The notes beneath the pieces are model-generated. The model was not told the origin of the DNA and did no database searches. It was given only the letters and a program-made list of their open reading frames with translations. The position numbers and the translations under genes are program-made. Shown here piece after piece: positions 10,022-20,409 of a stretch of DNA of 64,000 nucleotides (the first letter of the stretch is position 1; each line of letters starts with the position of its first letter). This DNA comes from a virus (taxonomy: Duplodnaviria > Caudoviricetes), in IMG/VR virus record IMGVR_UViG_3300028591_000103, positions 64,001-128,000 of that record; one strand, 5' to 3'.

Positions 10022-11935
10022 TCACGCCTTCACGACCTTTTCTAACGGTGTAACAGTAGGTTCTATTCCATTTAATGTTTGAGATAAGCCGACATTGATT
10101 GCTGTTGAGATATCTTGGAATAATAATCCTTGAAGGATACCTGCCCGTTGTACAGCTTCACGGAATGCAACCTTCGTATATGACAATGGATTCACATCCG
10201 GATGTTTTCCGTATACATATGCAAACGGTTTTCCGGAATGCTGACATACACGACGTGCCATGATCTCATATGTAATTGAAGGACCTGTCAGATCGATACG
10301 ATTGATTTCCAAACAACGGAACATCATTTCGACCATGATGTTATATGGGATCTGTGGTGTTTTACTATACAAGAATACTTGGTTGATGAAGAATTCCACA
10401 TTTGCAACATTCTGTCGAATTGCAACGGAACATACACGTGATCCAGTGTCATATGGAATGATATAATATTCTGGGTCTTCTTGAATATCGTCATAAATTT
10501 TGAAATCAACGGATCCAGGAATTGTTAATCTGTCGGAGTGTAATTCTTTTCCTGCATTGTCATAGAACTTGACAGGGACTACACCGAATGCGGATGCGGA
10601 CGTTGCTTCAATGGAGAATCCCTTAAAGTCTTCGAATACGCGTGGGATAAATACCTTCATTGGAACTTTGTTGACAATGAATCCTTCTTCCACATCATAA
10701 TATTTGCTATTGACTTCAAACAGATGTTTCTTATCGATGATAGCCGCCTTCATCGTCAAGTCATGTTTTGATTTCAATTTCAAGTTCAGAAGTTTCTGTG
10801 TGATGGAGGTTGTCAACAATCCGACTTGTGTAACTCCGAGATTATGGAAAACTCTTCCTGCACATTTTCCACAGATTGCATCATGTGTGCAACATTGTGG
10901 TGAATACATTTGAACCGTTTTTCCAACAAAGTTTCCAATGTTGTCATTTGTCGTCATCACAGTTTTTCCATTCCAATTAATGTTTCGATATAACATGTAT
11001 TGTTTATTGGAATCAGTAATTGTAATTGGTATCGTAACAGATGTACCACAATCAGAGTTTGGATCCGGGTCAATATGTTCTGATTGCAATAATGCAAGGA
11101 TGATCTTTGCCATGTAGCCGGCATCAGCGGTACCAACTGCAGACGGATATGCACCGGCAACAACTGAATTTGAGAATGCTGGGATGTCTTGTTTTTTGAT
11201 ACCATCCATAAGAGATGATTCAACGACATCAAATTTTCCGGTAATATTATTGTAAACCGGACCTCTCATAACATTAATGGTTTTATAGTTATTATCCAAA
11301 TTACCATCACCAGATGCATACAGATCATAACCATAGTCACCTTTCAGATTCTTACGAACCATTCCCATGAGTTCTTTCTCAATTGCACCAGATGCAAGTA
11401 ACTGTTTCGTCGGGTCATTCGATTTCAAATCCGCTTCATGTTCTTTTAACAATTCCATCTTCCGTTGTTTTACATCATTCATAGGACGAACCAATGTTGC
11501 TGAGATGGACGATGATAAGAATGAGGCTGCCTGGAATCCCAGTGTATCACGTTTATCAACAAATTTACCAAGCGTCTTTGTATCAATTTTATCCGTGATA
11601 ACGAGATTGTTTACAATTGTATTCATCTTACCGAGATTCTTGGAATTTAATTCATTATTCCAATACCCCATAAATTGAATCAATCCCGTTGATTCCAACA
11701 GAAAACGATTCATGAATAACAACCCCAGAGTTGTTTCAAGTTCTTCTTTGACATATTCATATTCGGAATGGGATAATTTAATTGTATCAGTCGCATTGAA
11801 TGGTGGTTGTACCATCTTATGTGCAGTACGATCATAATATCCAGCAAATAAACTTTCCAAGAAATCTTTATTGAATTCGGATATATCTGCAGAGAGAATC
11901 CGTTGTTTTCCGACATTCGCATTATTTTCAGCCAT
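10022..11935 (-). CDS. RNA polymerase beta' C-terminal subunit (probably virion RNAP)
   Basis: Bridge helix TADAGYMAK, SDCGT, Zn site CCTHDAICGKCAG, trigger loop TQKLLNLKLKSKH; late promoter upstream. Confidence 0.88.
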   Translation of the reverse strand: MAENNANVGKQRILSADISEFNKDFLESLFAGYYDRTAHKMVQPPFNATDTIKLSHSEYEYVKEELETTLGLLFMNRFLLESTGLIQFMGYWNNELNSKNLGKMNTIVNNLVITDKIDTKTLGKFVDKRDTLGFQAASFLSSSISATLVRPMNDVKQRKMELLKEHEADLKSNDPTKQLLASGAIEKELMGMVRKNLKGDYGYDLYASGDGNLDNNYKTINVMRGPVYNNITGKFDVVESSLMDGIKKQDIPAFSNSVVAGAYPSAVGTADAGYMAKIILALLQSEHIDPDPNSDCGTSVTIPITITDSNKQYMLYRNINWNGKTVMTTNDNIGNFVGKTVQMYSPQCCTHDAICGKCAGRVFHNLGVTQVGLLTTSITQKLLNLKLKSKHDLTMKAAIIDKKHLFEVNSKYYDVEEGFIVNKVPMKVFIPRVFEDFKGFSIEATSASAFGVVPVKFYDNAGKELHSDRLTIPGSVDFKIYDDIQEDPEYYIIPYDTGSRVCSVAIRQNVANVEFFINQVFLYSKTPQIPYNIMVEMMFRCLEINRIDLTGPSITYEIMARRVCQHSGKPFAYVYGKHPDVNPLSYTKVAFREAVQRAGILQGLLFQDISTAINVGLSQTLNGIEPTVTPLEKVVKA

Positions 11936-11962
11936 AACAAAACCCTCCTTATGATTATGGAC

Positions 11963-11974
11963 CAGATTACTGTT
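11963..11974 (-). promoter_or_regulatory. Putative late promoter AACA-N6-TG
   Basis: AACAGTAATCTG just upstream of the beta'-C SD. Confidence 0.6.
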
Positions 11975-12000
11975 CGGTTTTATTTTTTATTTACCATATG

Positions 12001-12040
12001 TATATTATTATAAATGAATACGGGTGCAATCTACCGTATT
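12001..12040 (+). promoter_or_regulatory. Putative early promoter + 5' hairpin
   Basis: TATATTATT-ATAAA-TGAATA, then AATACGG/CCGTATT stem. Confidence 0.6.
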
Positions 12041-12132
12041 TACATGACATTTCGAGATAGAATATGTGTAATCGTACGGATTCTCATAAGATATCCGAAA
12101 TGATCAAATTTATTTTAAAGGAGGCACACGCC

Positions 12133-12708
12133 ATGATTGTCAACAACATGATCCTAATCAGGGTCGCACAAGCGAATATGCAACAGCTGTTCGCATCAAC
12201 CCAAATCACCGTTTCTGTGAAAGAAGTAGGTGATGATCCATCATTTCGACTTCTAACCATCACATTAGATGGAAAGAAAAAAGACCAAGCAGAGGTCCAG
12301 TTGGAAATGAGGGATGGGAAGGTCATCGGTATTCAATTGAATGCAAATCAGGTTACCGATGTAACGATTGATCTTGTGAGAACCGCGAAAGCGATATCCA
12401 AGAAACTCGAAGAACTCAGAAATATAAAAACGGTTTATTATTATGATGATAACTATTTGATCTCGGATTTTAGAGAGATCGGTATCGATTCTGATGATGG
12501 AAGAAGAGATTTATTAATCAATAATAACAAAATCTATTCATTGGTCAAGTGTCGAAAGAATCGAGTAATCACAGAGCCACTGACGGAAGCACAACTGATC
12601 AATCTGATTCATATTGTGGCTAACTCGAAACATAGCGAACTGGATGTTCGCGATGCAATTGTTCATACCTTCGTCGATTATGACGAGTATGAGTGGGAGG
12701 AAGAATGA
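12133..12708 (+). CDS. Hypothetical early protein
   Basis: SD AAGGAGG before ATG 12133. Confidence 0.75.
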   Translation: MIVNNMILIRVAQANMQQLFASTQITVSVKEVGDDPSFRLLTITLDGKKKDQAEVQLEMRDGKVIGIQLNANQVTDVTIDLVRTAKAISKKLEELRNIKTVYYYDDNYLISDFREIGIDSDDGRRDLLINNNKIYSLVKCRKNRVITEPLTEAQLINLIHIVANSKHSELDVRDAIVHTFVDYDEYEWEEE

Positions 12709-12722
12709 GAGGATGGATGGAG

Positions 12723-12759
12723 GTGGGGGCGTTTGCCCCCACTCATCCGATTTTTTTTT
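12723..12759. terminator. Terminator between convergent genes
   Basis: GTGGGGGC-GTTT-GCCCCCAC plus T9. Confidence 0.8.
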
Positions 12760-12760
12760 G

Positions 12761-13207
12761 TTATCGTAATCCGTGATAGAGTAATGTGTAACGTGGTTTA
12801 TCTTCATCGAAGAATTTCCAACGAATGAAATCATCCAATACAATTGCAACACCTGAAAGGAAGAACCAATAGATGGAATTCCGTAAACAGATCTGTCCAT
12901 ACAGATTGAAACATCTGTCGGAATAATCCCACACATTCCATCCAAGTTTGATGTTCACAATGTATCCGGAAATGAGTTCCATCGCAGTAATCACAAAACA
13001 ACCAATCCCCATTTGCAACAGGAATGGTGTTTTCCATGTATACCATTCGTTGAGTAATCCGATTATGACAAAACATAATCCACCAACGATGAACATAGAC
13101 CAATGTGTGAAACCACGTCCAATAATTTCCATCAACGCATAAATGATTCCACCGATAACGAATAAAATGAATTCACATATCAAGAATTTCTTGATGGATT
13201 CTTTCAT
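12761..13207 (-). CDS. 4-TM membrane protein, ABC_trans_CmpB-like
   Basis: GFTHWSMFIVGG, WNVWDYS, NLYGQICL motifs. Confidence 0.8.
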   Translation of the reverse strand: MKESIKKFLICEFILFVIGGIIYALMEIIGRGFTHWSMFIVGGLCFVIIGLLNEWYTWKTPFLLQMGIGCFVITAMELISGYIVNIKLGWNVWDYSDRCFNLYGQICLRNSIYWFFLSGVAIVLDDFIRWKFFDEDKPRYTLLYHGLR

Positions 13208-13602
13208 TATTCCTCACCTGACGATTCGTTTGAAGTGCGGACACTGTCGTACACAGCAGCCATCAGATTCATGATGTATGTACGATGTTGCGGTGTATCG
13301 ATGTTGCTGTAATTTTCCTGGATAACACCGCTGGAATTGATTGTCATGGTTGCAACACGCGGAGAACCACCAATGAGAGTCCGATTGATACCGATTGTTA
13401 CGATGCCATCAAAGAGAGACTCATCCAGCATTGCAATGATTTCCCATTCATCTGTCTGAAGGATATATCTTGTGGAAGATTCAGGAGTCATCGATTCAGT
13501 GGTCTCGGTTTCGATCGCTTTGATAACATTATCGAAGATGGTGTTCTGCGTACGAATCTCTGTGATTCGTTGGTCCATACGTTCTTGGATATCGGTTTTC
13601 AT
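13207..13602 (-). CDS. Hypothetical protein
   Basis: SD AAAGGAGG, TAATG overlap with next gene. Confidence 0.75.
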   Translation of the reverse strand: MKTDIQERMDQRITEIRTQNTIFDNVIKAIETETTESMTPESSTRYILQTDEWEIIAMLDESLFDGIVTIGINRTLIGGSPRVATMTINSSGVIQENYSNIDTPQHRTYIMNLMAAVYDSVRTSNESSGEE

Positions 13603-13637
13603 TTAGAAAACCTCCTTTCATTTTAATTAATTTTCTG

Positions 13638-14294
13638 TCAAACAGTGATAATGCTCTTTTCAGGATGAAGAATTCTATCATAGTCATAGGGGTCTTCAAT
13701 TTTATCGGTATAAACAACACCCGTTGTCGAAGTGATTGCTTCCATCTGTTCTTGAAGATCCGGTGACAATTCATCACCGTATTGGAATACACATATCTGT
13801 TCAAATGATGAAAGTGTTTTGATATATGCTTTCGCAAAGTTATTGTATGTCGTATGATATGTAACCCAGTTCACGGATAATTGCGCAATTGTCAGAATTT
13901 CTTCCGGTGTGTATTGACGACACAATTGTCCATCCGCATGATAGAATATTGGTATCTGTGGAAATGACATCGCTTGTGTTGCCAATTTTGATAAATTGAT
14001 CTGGTCGGTTTCTGTTAATGAATAATGATCATCACCATACTGGATACCGGATTCGATTACCGATCGACATGTTTTTGACAAAAAGGATATCTTCTCCTGT
14101 TTTGCTTCATTTGCATGTTTGTAATCGGTATCCTGCTTTCTGACGAATTGGCCGTTTATATATTTATATGAGAATATGTCTGACATGATATCATATGGGA
14201 TATTTTCCACATAAATATTTTCCGGATTATCCGGATCACCTCCAACCGTCATCAATCGAGTAATTTCATAGTTTTCATTGATGTTGATAAACAC
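13638..14294 (-). CDS. Tail fibre assembly/chaperone protein (DUF4376-like)
   Basis: HYSLTETDQINL and YHADGQLCRQYT motifs; directly after the long fibre gene. Confidence 0.75.
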   Translation of the reverse strand: MFININENYEITRLMTVGGDPDNPENIYVENIPYDIMSDIFSYKYINGQFVRKQDTDYKHANEAKQEKISFLSKTCRSVIESGIQYGDDHYSLTETDQINLSKLATQAMSFPQIPIFYHADGQLCRQYTPEEILTIAQLSVNWVTYHTTYNNFAKAYIKTLSSFEQICVFQYGDELSPDLQEQMEAITSTTGVVYTDKIEDPYDYDRILHPEKSIITV

Positions 14295-14306
14295 ATTATC
14301 ACCTCC

Positions 14307-17300
14307 TTAATACAGACCATATATTGTCCACAGACCACGTCCACCAATCGTATCTATTCCGCTATTATAATAGCCGATTGTGAATTTATTGTCATTCACA
14401 TATATCAGCTTCATATAATTTCTACCTGTTGGGTTATTCTCGACTGTGAATGGGAGTGGTATATGCATTTCTCCAGAGGTTCCTAATGATTTTAAATATT
14501 CCAATGGAATGATTGCTTGGAAGCTGGAGCATTCATCACCACCACCATAGATCAGACGTGTACATTGTGCCAAAAGAACTTTCCAGTTTGTGAATAAACC
14601 CGTGACTTCAATTGGCATTGGAAGCACCGATAAGTTATCCGTTGATTCAAAGATTTTTGGTTGACCACATGCTCCGTTCATGATCATTCGCCATACTGGA
14701 TAGTATGATGATCCATTACAAGTGTAGAATGCTATTGTGCTTGGTGGAAATTTCGTATATCCAGATGTCGCAGTAAAGTTTGGAGCCGGGTTTGATATGA
14801 TTTTTAATGTAAACGCACCGGCATTGTATGAAGTGGCCACACCAATATATTCAATACGAACACCGGCAAGATCCATTTCATAATTGATACCATTGACAGC
14901 CAATCGCAAAATGTCATTATCCGAATAACTCCATGTTGTTTGCAATACAACATGCTCATATATTCCGGAGTGAATATACTTTTTTGTCGTCATCAGCCAA
15001 TTCATCAAGGTTTGCAATGTAATCTTTTGTCGTTTTGACGAACCTGTTTGAATTGCAAATGGTGTAATCAGTTTTCGACCATTACACCCGATCAAACCTG
15101 TCGAAGGTTGTGCATATAGATTTGCAGAAGCGTATACTTGCTGTGTGACAGTTGTTGTTAAATCAGATGGTGTTGTCGAATTATTATAACCCAACATCAA
15201 CGCTCGAAAGTCTGTTGTTGATGAAATTGATTGTGTAACATAGGTGTTTGTATTTGTGTTATAATCCGAATGTGTCCAACGTGCGTCTGTTGTTGCTGTT
15301 CCACTAACTTTGATTGCGCCTGCTTCAAAGTATGTCAATATGATTGTTGATCCTGCCGGATAATGTGTTGTCAATCGGGTTGTGCCATTCCAGTAACAAT
15401 TGATCGCACCAGTTGTTGCACCTGTAGACAATGTCAGATTCAATGTAACATTCGTGGAAGCCGCGGATGCATATGGTAAATAATATGCAATCGTCAAACC
15501 GTTATGCAGTTTCGATGCAGGAATCGTGCCGGTCCATGCTGCTGTTGATGCGGTTTGTGTACCGATAACATAGTAGAAACCAGTTCCAGGTGCAGTGATA
15601 TCTCTCGGAATATCTAAACTTGAAACAACTGTCAATGAATCATCAACAACTGCACCATTTCCCCATGTGATATTATATGTTCCTCTAACTGTGATATCCG
15701 GATCTAACCACGTGCAATATACTGTCATACCATTATTATTCGTTGTATTATAATAGAAATCAACATATAATGTGTTTCCGTCAGAAGATTTTGTCATTCT
15801 TATTTTTGGGATATATTGTGTAGCTGCGGAATTCGATTTTGAATATAATATTTCAAAACCTTCTGTAGCATTATACAGTCCTATCATACGTACGGAAAAC
15901 ACTTCCGGTTGTCCATTATTATAATTACGGATACATGTCAATTCAATTGTTCGAACTATTCTACCGGATGCTGATGCAGAACATGGGAATGATAAGACGC
16001 GGTGCCATCCAACAGTATTCCACCCAGAAAACACATGTGCCATGTTTAATCCAATATTGTGTTGAAGTTTATTCTGGATATACGAATACAATGCAGACAC
16101 AGGTCTTCTGTGATATGTCGTTGTTGACGTTCCTCCATTTGCGTATTGTGAAATATAATAATCAGCATCGGAAGGAACGGAAGAACCCGTGGTGAGTAAA
16201 TTGATTGCAGCATTCACACCAGCATTTGTATTCGGGACGTAATCCAAAGCAGGAATATCACCTTTGGCTACGGATGCTGTGGCGGACACATGTCCCGCTG
16301 CATCAACTGTGATCTTATATAATCCAGAAGTTTTTGATGTATATGCTTTATGTGAGATCTTCACACCAGAATTGTATGTGAATGCTGCAGTACCACTGCC
16401 GACTGTCGTTGTTGTTGCAGCAACGCTCAGATACGAATCGGTTGTAACAGATGACGCTGTAAGAATGCCATTCCACGTAGACCAATTGGATGAATTTGTA
16501 CCACCAGTATCGTTCTGCCGATACATTAAACTTCCGCCACCATTCGGCATAAGTTGGAATTTATCATTACCAGCGTCGGCTTGAATTCCTACCCAGTCAT
16601 TTATATTACCTAACAGATTAACTCCTTTGAAGAAGAAGCAACCAGCTGTGTTGTTGACTGTGGTTGCATCAACACTTTTGCACGTCAATGTTTCATGTGT
16701 ATGACCTTCCAATGAGACATTAGTGCCATCTAATTTTAATATCCCTTTTCCGATATACAAACCAACATCAGTTCCCCATGGAGCGTTATTATGATGATAT
16801 GGTCTCAGAATGATAGCACCCTTATCAGTGGAATCTCCACCCGTATTATGGAATGTGATACCTGGTTTGTAAGTTGTTGATGTAGCACCATTAACATTCC
16901 ATTCAACAAGAGTAACTGCATTCGAATCACTTCTGAGATTTTGTTGTATCATCGTGTGTTGTGCAGACAGTTCATCAGTTATAGCCCCAGGTGTTAACAA
17001 TGTACCATCCGTTTGGAACTTCCAAACTCTGTGATTGTTGTTGTTGTATGTTGCGATACTTCCTGCATTCGAAATAATCTGAACTTCGGTATCGGCACCA
17101 AGATACAGCTTTTCAGTTTCTGTCGTAACGATATTGTCGTATCCAACCTGTGTTGTATTTGATGAATTTTTTCGTGCATATGCGTTAGTAGCAAACTCAC
17201 CGCCACCAATCACCATATTTCCGTCACATGAGAAAAGTGCAGTCATTCCTGATGTCGCCAACGGATACATGACGATTCCAGGTGCAGTATGTGCTTTGCC

Positions 17301-20300
17301 CGATTTTGTTGTTTGGAAACTGAGTCTAGCATAATCTTGGAATTTTATGTTAAAAATGGTATAGGTTCCATTATACGCGTAAGCAGATACCGTATTCGTG
17401 GTGGTATAGTCTAAAATGTACTTTGGTGTCGTAGCATTACTAGCGTGGAAAAAACCCACTTGTTTACCAGCATACAACATCCCATATGGGTCTATTATGG
17501 CTTTTGAATAAATCATATCACCCCACAACATATATCCTGGTTGACTGGTCAATGATGAATTCAAAAGGTATCCAGATTCTTTATAACCCTCTGGATAGTC
17601 ATTGTTACTTTCGATTATCCATCCACTTTTATTTTCTGCGAAAGTATTATGATTACCAGAATCATCACACACAACGATGTCTCTAATACGAATTTCAGGA
17701 GTATATAATGGAATAGCAGCTCGTGGTACCACAATTTGTATTTGTGCTTTAGAATTTAAAACACCAAATGAAACAGTAAAAGGATAGCAATTTGATAATG
17801 CTGTTACGGCAAACCATCCTAGAGTTGAATTGCTATTACCGATTACTCCAGCAATTGTGAGTGTGTCGCTAGTATATAGGGCTGCGGAGTAACCCCACAT
17901 GTCAACTTTGAATCCTACCTTGAAATAGTCGTCTGCTGATGTAATTGTAGATGTATCAATCGGCAGTGTTATTGTGATACAGCTAATTGGTACACTCTGG
18001 TCAAATCCGGAAAACGTACCGTCTTCCGGATATGAGACGAAACCATCTTTACCAACAGCATTACCAACAACTTCGGTTGAATGAACGGCTTTCCATTTGA
18101 AATTTGATGCTCCGATCTGACCCTTATTGTCAACAGATGGCCGGAAACGACCATCTGAATCAAACAATGCAGTCTTCACATTGGTCCAGTCTGTATGATT
18201 TGTTGTATTCAGACCATTGGCTCCTGATACAAAATAGATGGAACCATCTGATGTGATACACATCTGTTCGAGACCATAACTCCAAGCAGTTGTTCCATAA
18301 GGATTCTTGTCTGTTGACATAACAGCTGTGGTGAAGTTACTCGGTGATTCACCCGCTCCAATACAACAATAACCACCACCAGTGTGGTTAAACACCACAC
18401 CAATACCATTGACATCATAAGGGAGCATCGCGATAATGTTTCCATAACCACGAGTCGACGTTGAATATCTAAGGTATGCACCTTTATCATTTGCATCGTT
18501 GAAATCAAGTAATGCCTGTGTTGTTGAACTGCTTTTAAGTCTAATGCGTGGTGCAATGAAGTATGTTCCGTCCTGATTACCAATTAATGTCAATGATGCC
18601 GGTGAACAATAAGTATCATAATCATCCCAGATCAATTCTGCATTTTGTGAACTATCTGCATTTGTGAATCTGATTTTTGGATTGACACAACCATATTCTT
18701 TAGTAGCAGTAGTCCCACCATGCAACTCTAAGAATGAAGTGGATTTGGTATTGATTTTCAAACCTTCACTCATTGCGACCAATCCGGTTGAATTGTTAAT
18801 GCTGAATGGTCTCAGTGTACTCCAACTACCAGATTCTGCTTCACCGGAATTTGTTAATAAAATCCATGTGTTTGTACCATCGTTTCTGAACAATGCACCA
18901 TAATTTCCGTTGTAAACACGTAACTGTGTTGGAACTTTTATTTCTGCAGGGAATATCGCATTTTTGTCAACATCCCATGAATAAAGATGGTCATAACCCA
19001 TCATTGAATTTGCTGCAGCAAAAAGGCCATTTTTTCCAAATGCTTGAATATCGTGAATTTCAGAAGGTTTGTTGATATATGTTGCACTTGTATTCACAGC
19101 TGTTGTTCTGAATGTCAGACGAATCTTTGACACAGTTGTTTTCAATCGTAAGTTTGAAATGTTGACAACATTTCCACCACTCCAACCGTCGATTAGCGCA
19201 TTTTCTTTATCCATTATAAATGTGGATGGATCTGATGCATTCGCATATTCAATATCAAGTCTTGTCTGATGACCTTTTGTATTAAACCAGATGTACAATT
19301 TACAAATAAATGCATCACGATCCGTAAATGTTAATGTGATTCGTGTCTGCATCTGAGTTGTCCGATTGTCTGATGTATTTGGTCCGACTTTAATCGCGCC
19401 GGCTTGCCTCATTATAAAAAGAGAAGCTTTATCTGCTGCAGTATAACCTCCGTCATTCCATGTTGTACCACCATCTGTCGTATATTCAATTTGAATATTA
19501 TCACTTGTCATGAAAGCAAATTTATCCGCACGGTATGTATTGATGAACGGGGCTGAGATGATAGGTATACCTTCAGAAGTTCTGAAGGTGTCGTCTTTAT
19601 TCATTAACACATCACCTTCATAATGTGTATGACTGGGTAGATCTGATGAAGTTGCCGCAGATGAACCTGTGATGTGACCTTGAGCATCATATGCGAATTT
19701 CAATAATGATTCTGTAGTAACTGCAGTAACAGAATTTGAATGATTAAATGTCAAGCCGGACAATACCAATCCGGTTCCCGCGGTATATGCTGTATTAGTT
19801 GGAATAGCCCATGTTCCATCACCGCGAAGAAATGAAGTTTGTTTTCCAGCAGCCGGCGCCGGTACAAGACCTATTGAACCGGCGGTACTAGAAGTTGCAG
19901 CACCCATTGTTGTATTCGGAATGGTGACTGTTTTTGTATTTAATGTTGTGACATGACCATTTGCATCACGCGACACAGAATCAACAGCAGTAAACGTTCC
20001 ACCAAAAGCTGGAGAAGCTGTGGAAGTTGTATCTGTTGTAACAGGAATAACTGGGTGTTGTGTCAGAAATGTACTACCCAAAGTCAATGTCAATTTATTC
20101 GCATTAGCACCAGTGCCGTATGACGCTGATGTGACTGCATTTCCAGATCCAGTGACTTCAACTGTTGGAGCAGTCCATGCACTCCATGCATATAAATCAT
20201 ACCATTTGGCAATCTTACCAACAATGGTAGCTATGTTATCCAAGTTTGTTAATTCAGCTTTTGATGAGGCTTTTGTAAAAGCAACATCGAGTTGTACATC

Positions 20301-20318
20301 CGAAAACTCATATACCAT
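14307..20318 (-). CDS. Long tail fibre / receptor-binding protein (2003 aa)
   Basis: Thr/Ser/Gly-rich beta repeats, GLVPAP..FLRGDGTW, DAQGHIT, HTH metal motifs. Confidence 0.85.
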   Translation of the reverse strand: MVYEFSDVQLDVAFTKASSKAELTNLDNIATIVGKIAKWYDLYAWSAWTAPTVEVTGSGNAVTSASYGTGANANKLTLTLGSTFLTQHPVIPVTTDTTSTASPAFGGTFTAVDSVSRDANGHVTTLNTKTVTIPNTTMGAATSSTAGSIGLVPAPAAGKQTSFLRGDGTWAIPTNTAYTAGTGLVLSGLTFNHSNSVTAVTTESLLKFAYDAQGHITGSSAATSSDLPSHTHYEGDVLMNKDDTFRTSEGIPIISAPFINTYRADKFAFMTSDNIQIEYTTDGGTTWNDGGYTAADKASLFIMRQAGAIKVGPNTSDNRTTQMQTRITLTFTDRDAFICKLYIWFNTKGHQTRLDIEYANASDPSTFIMDKENALIDGWSGGNVVNISNLRLKTTVSKIRLTFRTTAVNTSATYINKPSEIHDIQAFGKNGLFAAANSMMGYDHLYSWDVDKNAIFPAEIKVPTQLRVYNGNYGALFRNDGTNTWILLTNSGEAESGSWSTLRPFSINNSTGLVAMSEGLKINTKSTSFLELHGGTTATKEYGCVNPKIRFTNADSSQNAELIWDDYDTYCSPASLTLIGNQDGTYFIAPRIRLKSSSTTQALLDFNDANDKGAYLRYSTSTRGYGNIIAMLPYDVNGIGVVFNHTGGGYCCIGAGESPSNFTTAVMSTDKNPYGTTAWSYGLEQMCITSDGSIYFVSGANGLNTTNHTDWTNVKTALFDSDGRFRPSVDNKGQIGASNFKWKAVHSTEVVGNAVGKDGFVSYPEDGTFSGFDQSVPISCITITLPIDTSTITSADDYFKVGFKVDMWGYSAALYTSDTLTIAGVIGNSNSTLGWFAVTALSNCYPFTVSFGVLNSKAQIQIVVPRAAIPLYTPEIRIRDIVVCDDSGNHNTFAENKSGWIIESNNDYPEGYKESGYLLNSSLTSQPGYMLWGDMIYSKAIIDPYGMLYAGKQVGFFHASNATTPKYILDYTTTNTVSAYAYNGTYTIFNIKFQDYARLSFQTTKSGKAHTAPGIVMYPLATSGMTALFSCDGNMVIGGGEFATNAYARKNSSNTTQVGYDNIVTTETEKLYLGADTEVQIISNAGSIATYNNNNHRVWKFQTDGTLLTPGAITDELSAQHTMIQQNLRSDSNAVTLVEWNVNGATSTTYKPGITFHNTGGDSTDKGAIILRPYHHNNAPWGTDVGLYIGKGILKLDGTNVSLEGHTHETLTCKSVDATTVNNTAGCFFFKGVNLLGNINDWVGIQADAGNDKFQLMPNGGGSLMYRQNDTGGTNSSNWSTWNGILTASSVTTDSYLSVAATTTTVGSGTAAFTYNSGVKISHKAYTSKTSGLYKITVDAAGHVSATASVAKGDIPALDYVPNTNAGVNAAINLLTTGSSVPSDADYYISQYANGGTSTTTYHRRPVSALYSYIQNKLQHNIGLNMAHVFSGWNTVGWHRVLSFPCSASASGRIVRTIELTCIRNYNNGQPEVFSVRMIGLYNATEGFEILYSKSNSAATQYIPKIRMTKSSDGNTLYVDFYYNTTNNNGMTVYCTWLDPDITVRGTYNITWGNGAVVDDSLTVVSSLDIPRDITAPGTGFYYVIGTQTASTAAWTGTIPASKLHNGLTIAYYLPYASAASTNVTLNLTLSTGATTGAINCYWNGTTRLTTHYPAGSTIILTYFEAGAIKVSGTATTDARWTHSDYNTNTNTYVTQSISSTTDFRALMLGYNNSTTPSDLTTTVTQQVYASANLYAQPSTGLIGCNGRKLITPFAIQTGSSKRQKITLQTLMNWLMTTKKYIHSGIYEHVVLQTTWSYSDNDILRLAVNGINYEMDLAGVRIEYIGVATSYNAGAFTLKIISNPAPNFTATSGYTKFPPSTIAFYTCNGSSYYPVWRMIMNGACGQPKIFESTDNLSVLPMPIEVTGLFTNWKVLLAQCTRLIYGGGDECSSFQAIIPLEYLKSLGTSGEMHIPLPFTVENNPTGRNYMKLIYVNDNKFTIGYYNSGIDTIGGRGLWTIYGLY

Positions 20319-20343
20319 GGATGTGTCACTCCTTTCAAAAGAT

Positions 20344-20355
20344 TACCGAGTCGTT
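20344..20355 (-). promoter_or_regulatory. Putative late promoter AACG-N6-TA
   Basis: AAAACGACTCGGTAA between terminator and SD. Confidence 0.65.
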
Positions 20356-20381
20356 TTCCACATATGTAATTAAGTAATATA

Positions 20382-20402
20382 GGGAGGGGCAATGCCCCTC
20401 CC
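20382..20402 (-). terminator. Terminator hairpin
   Basis: GGGAGGGGC-AAT-GCCCCTCCC. Confidence 0.75.
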
Positions 20403-20409
20403 ACAATTA

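Noticed and set aside
9676-10053. 125-aa plus-strand ORF
   Set aside because: It starts inside the terminator hairpin, has no SD and has atypical composition.
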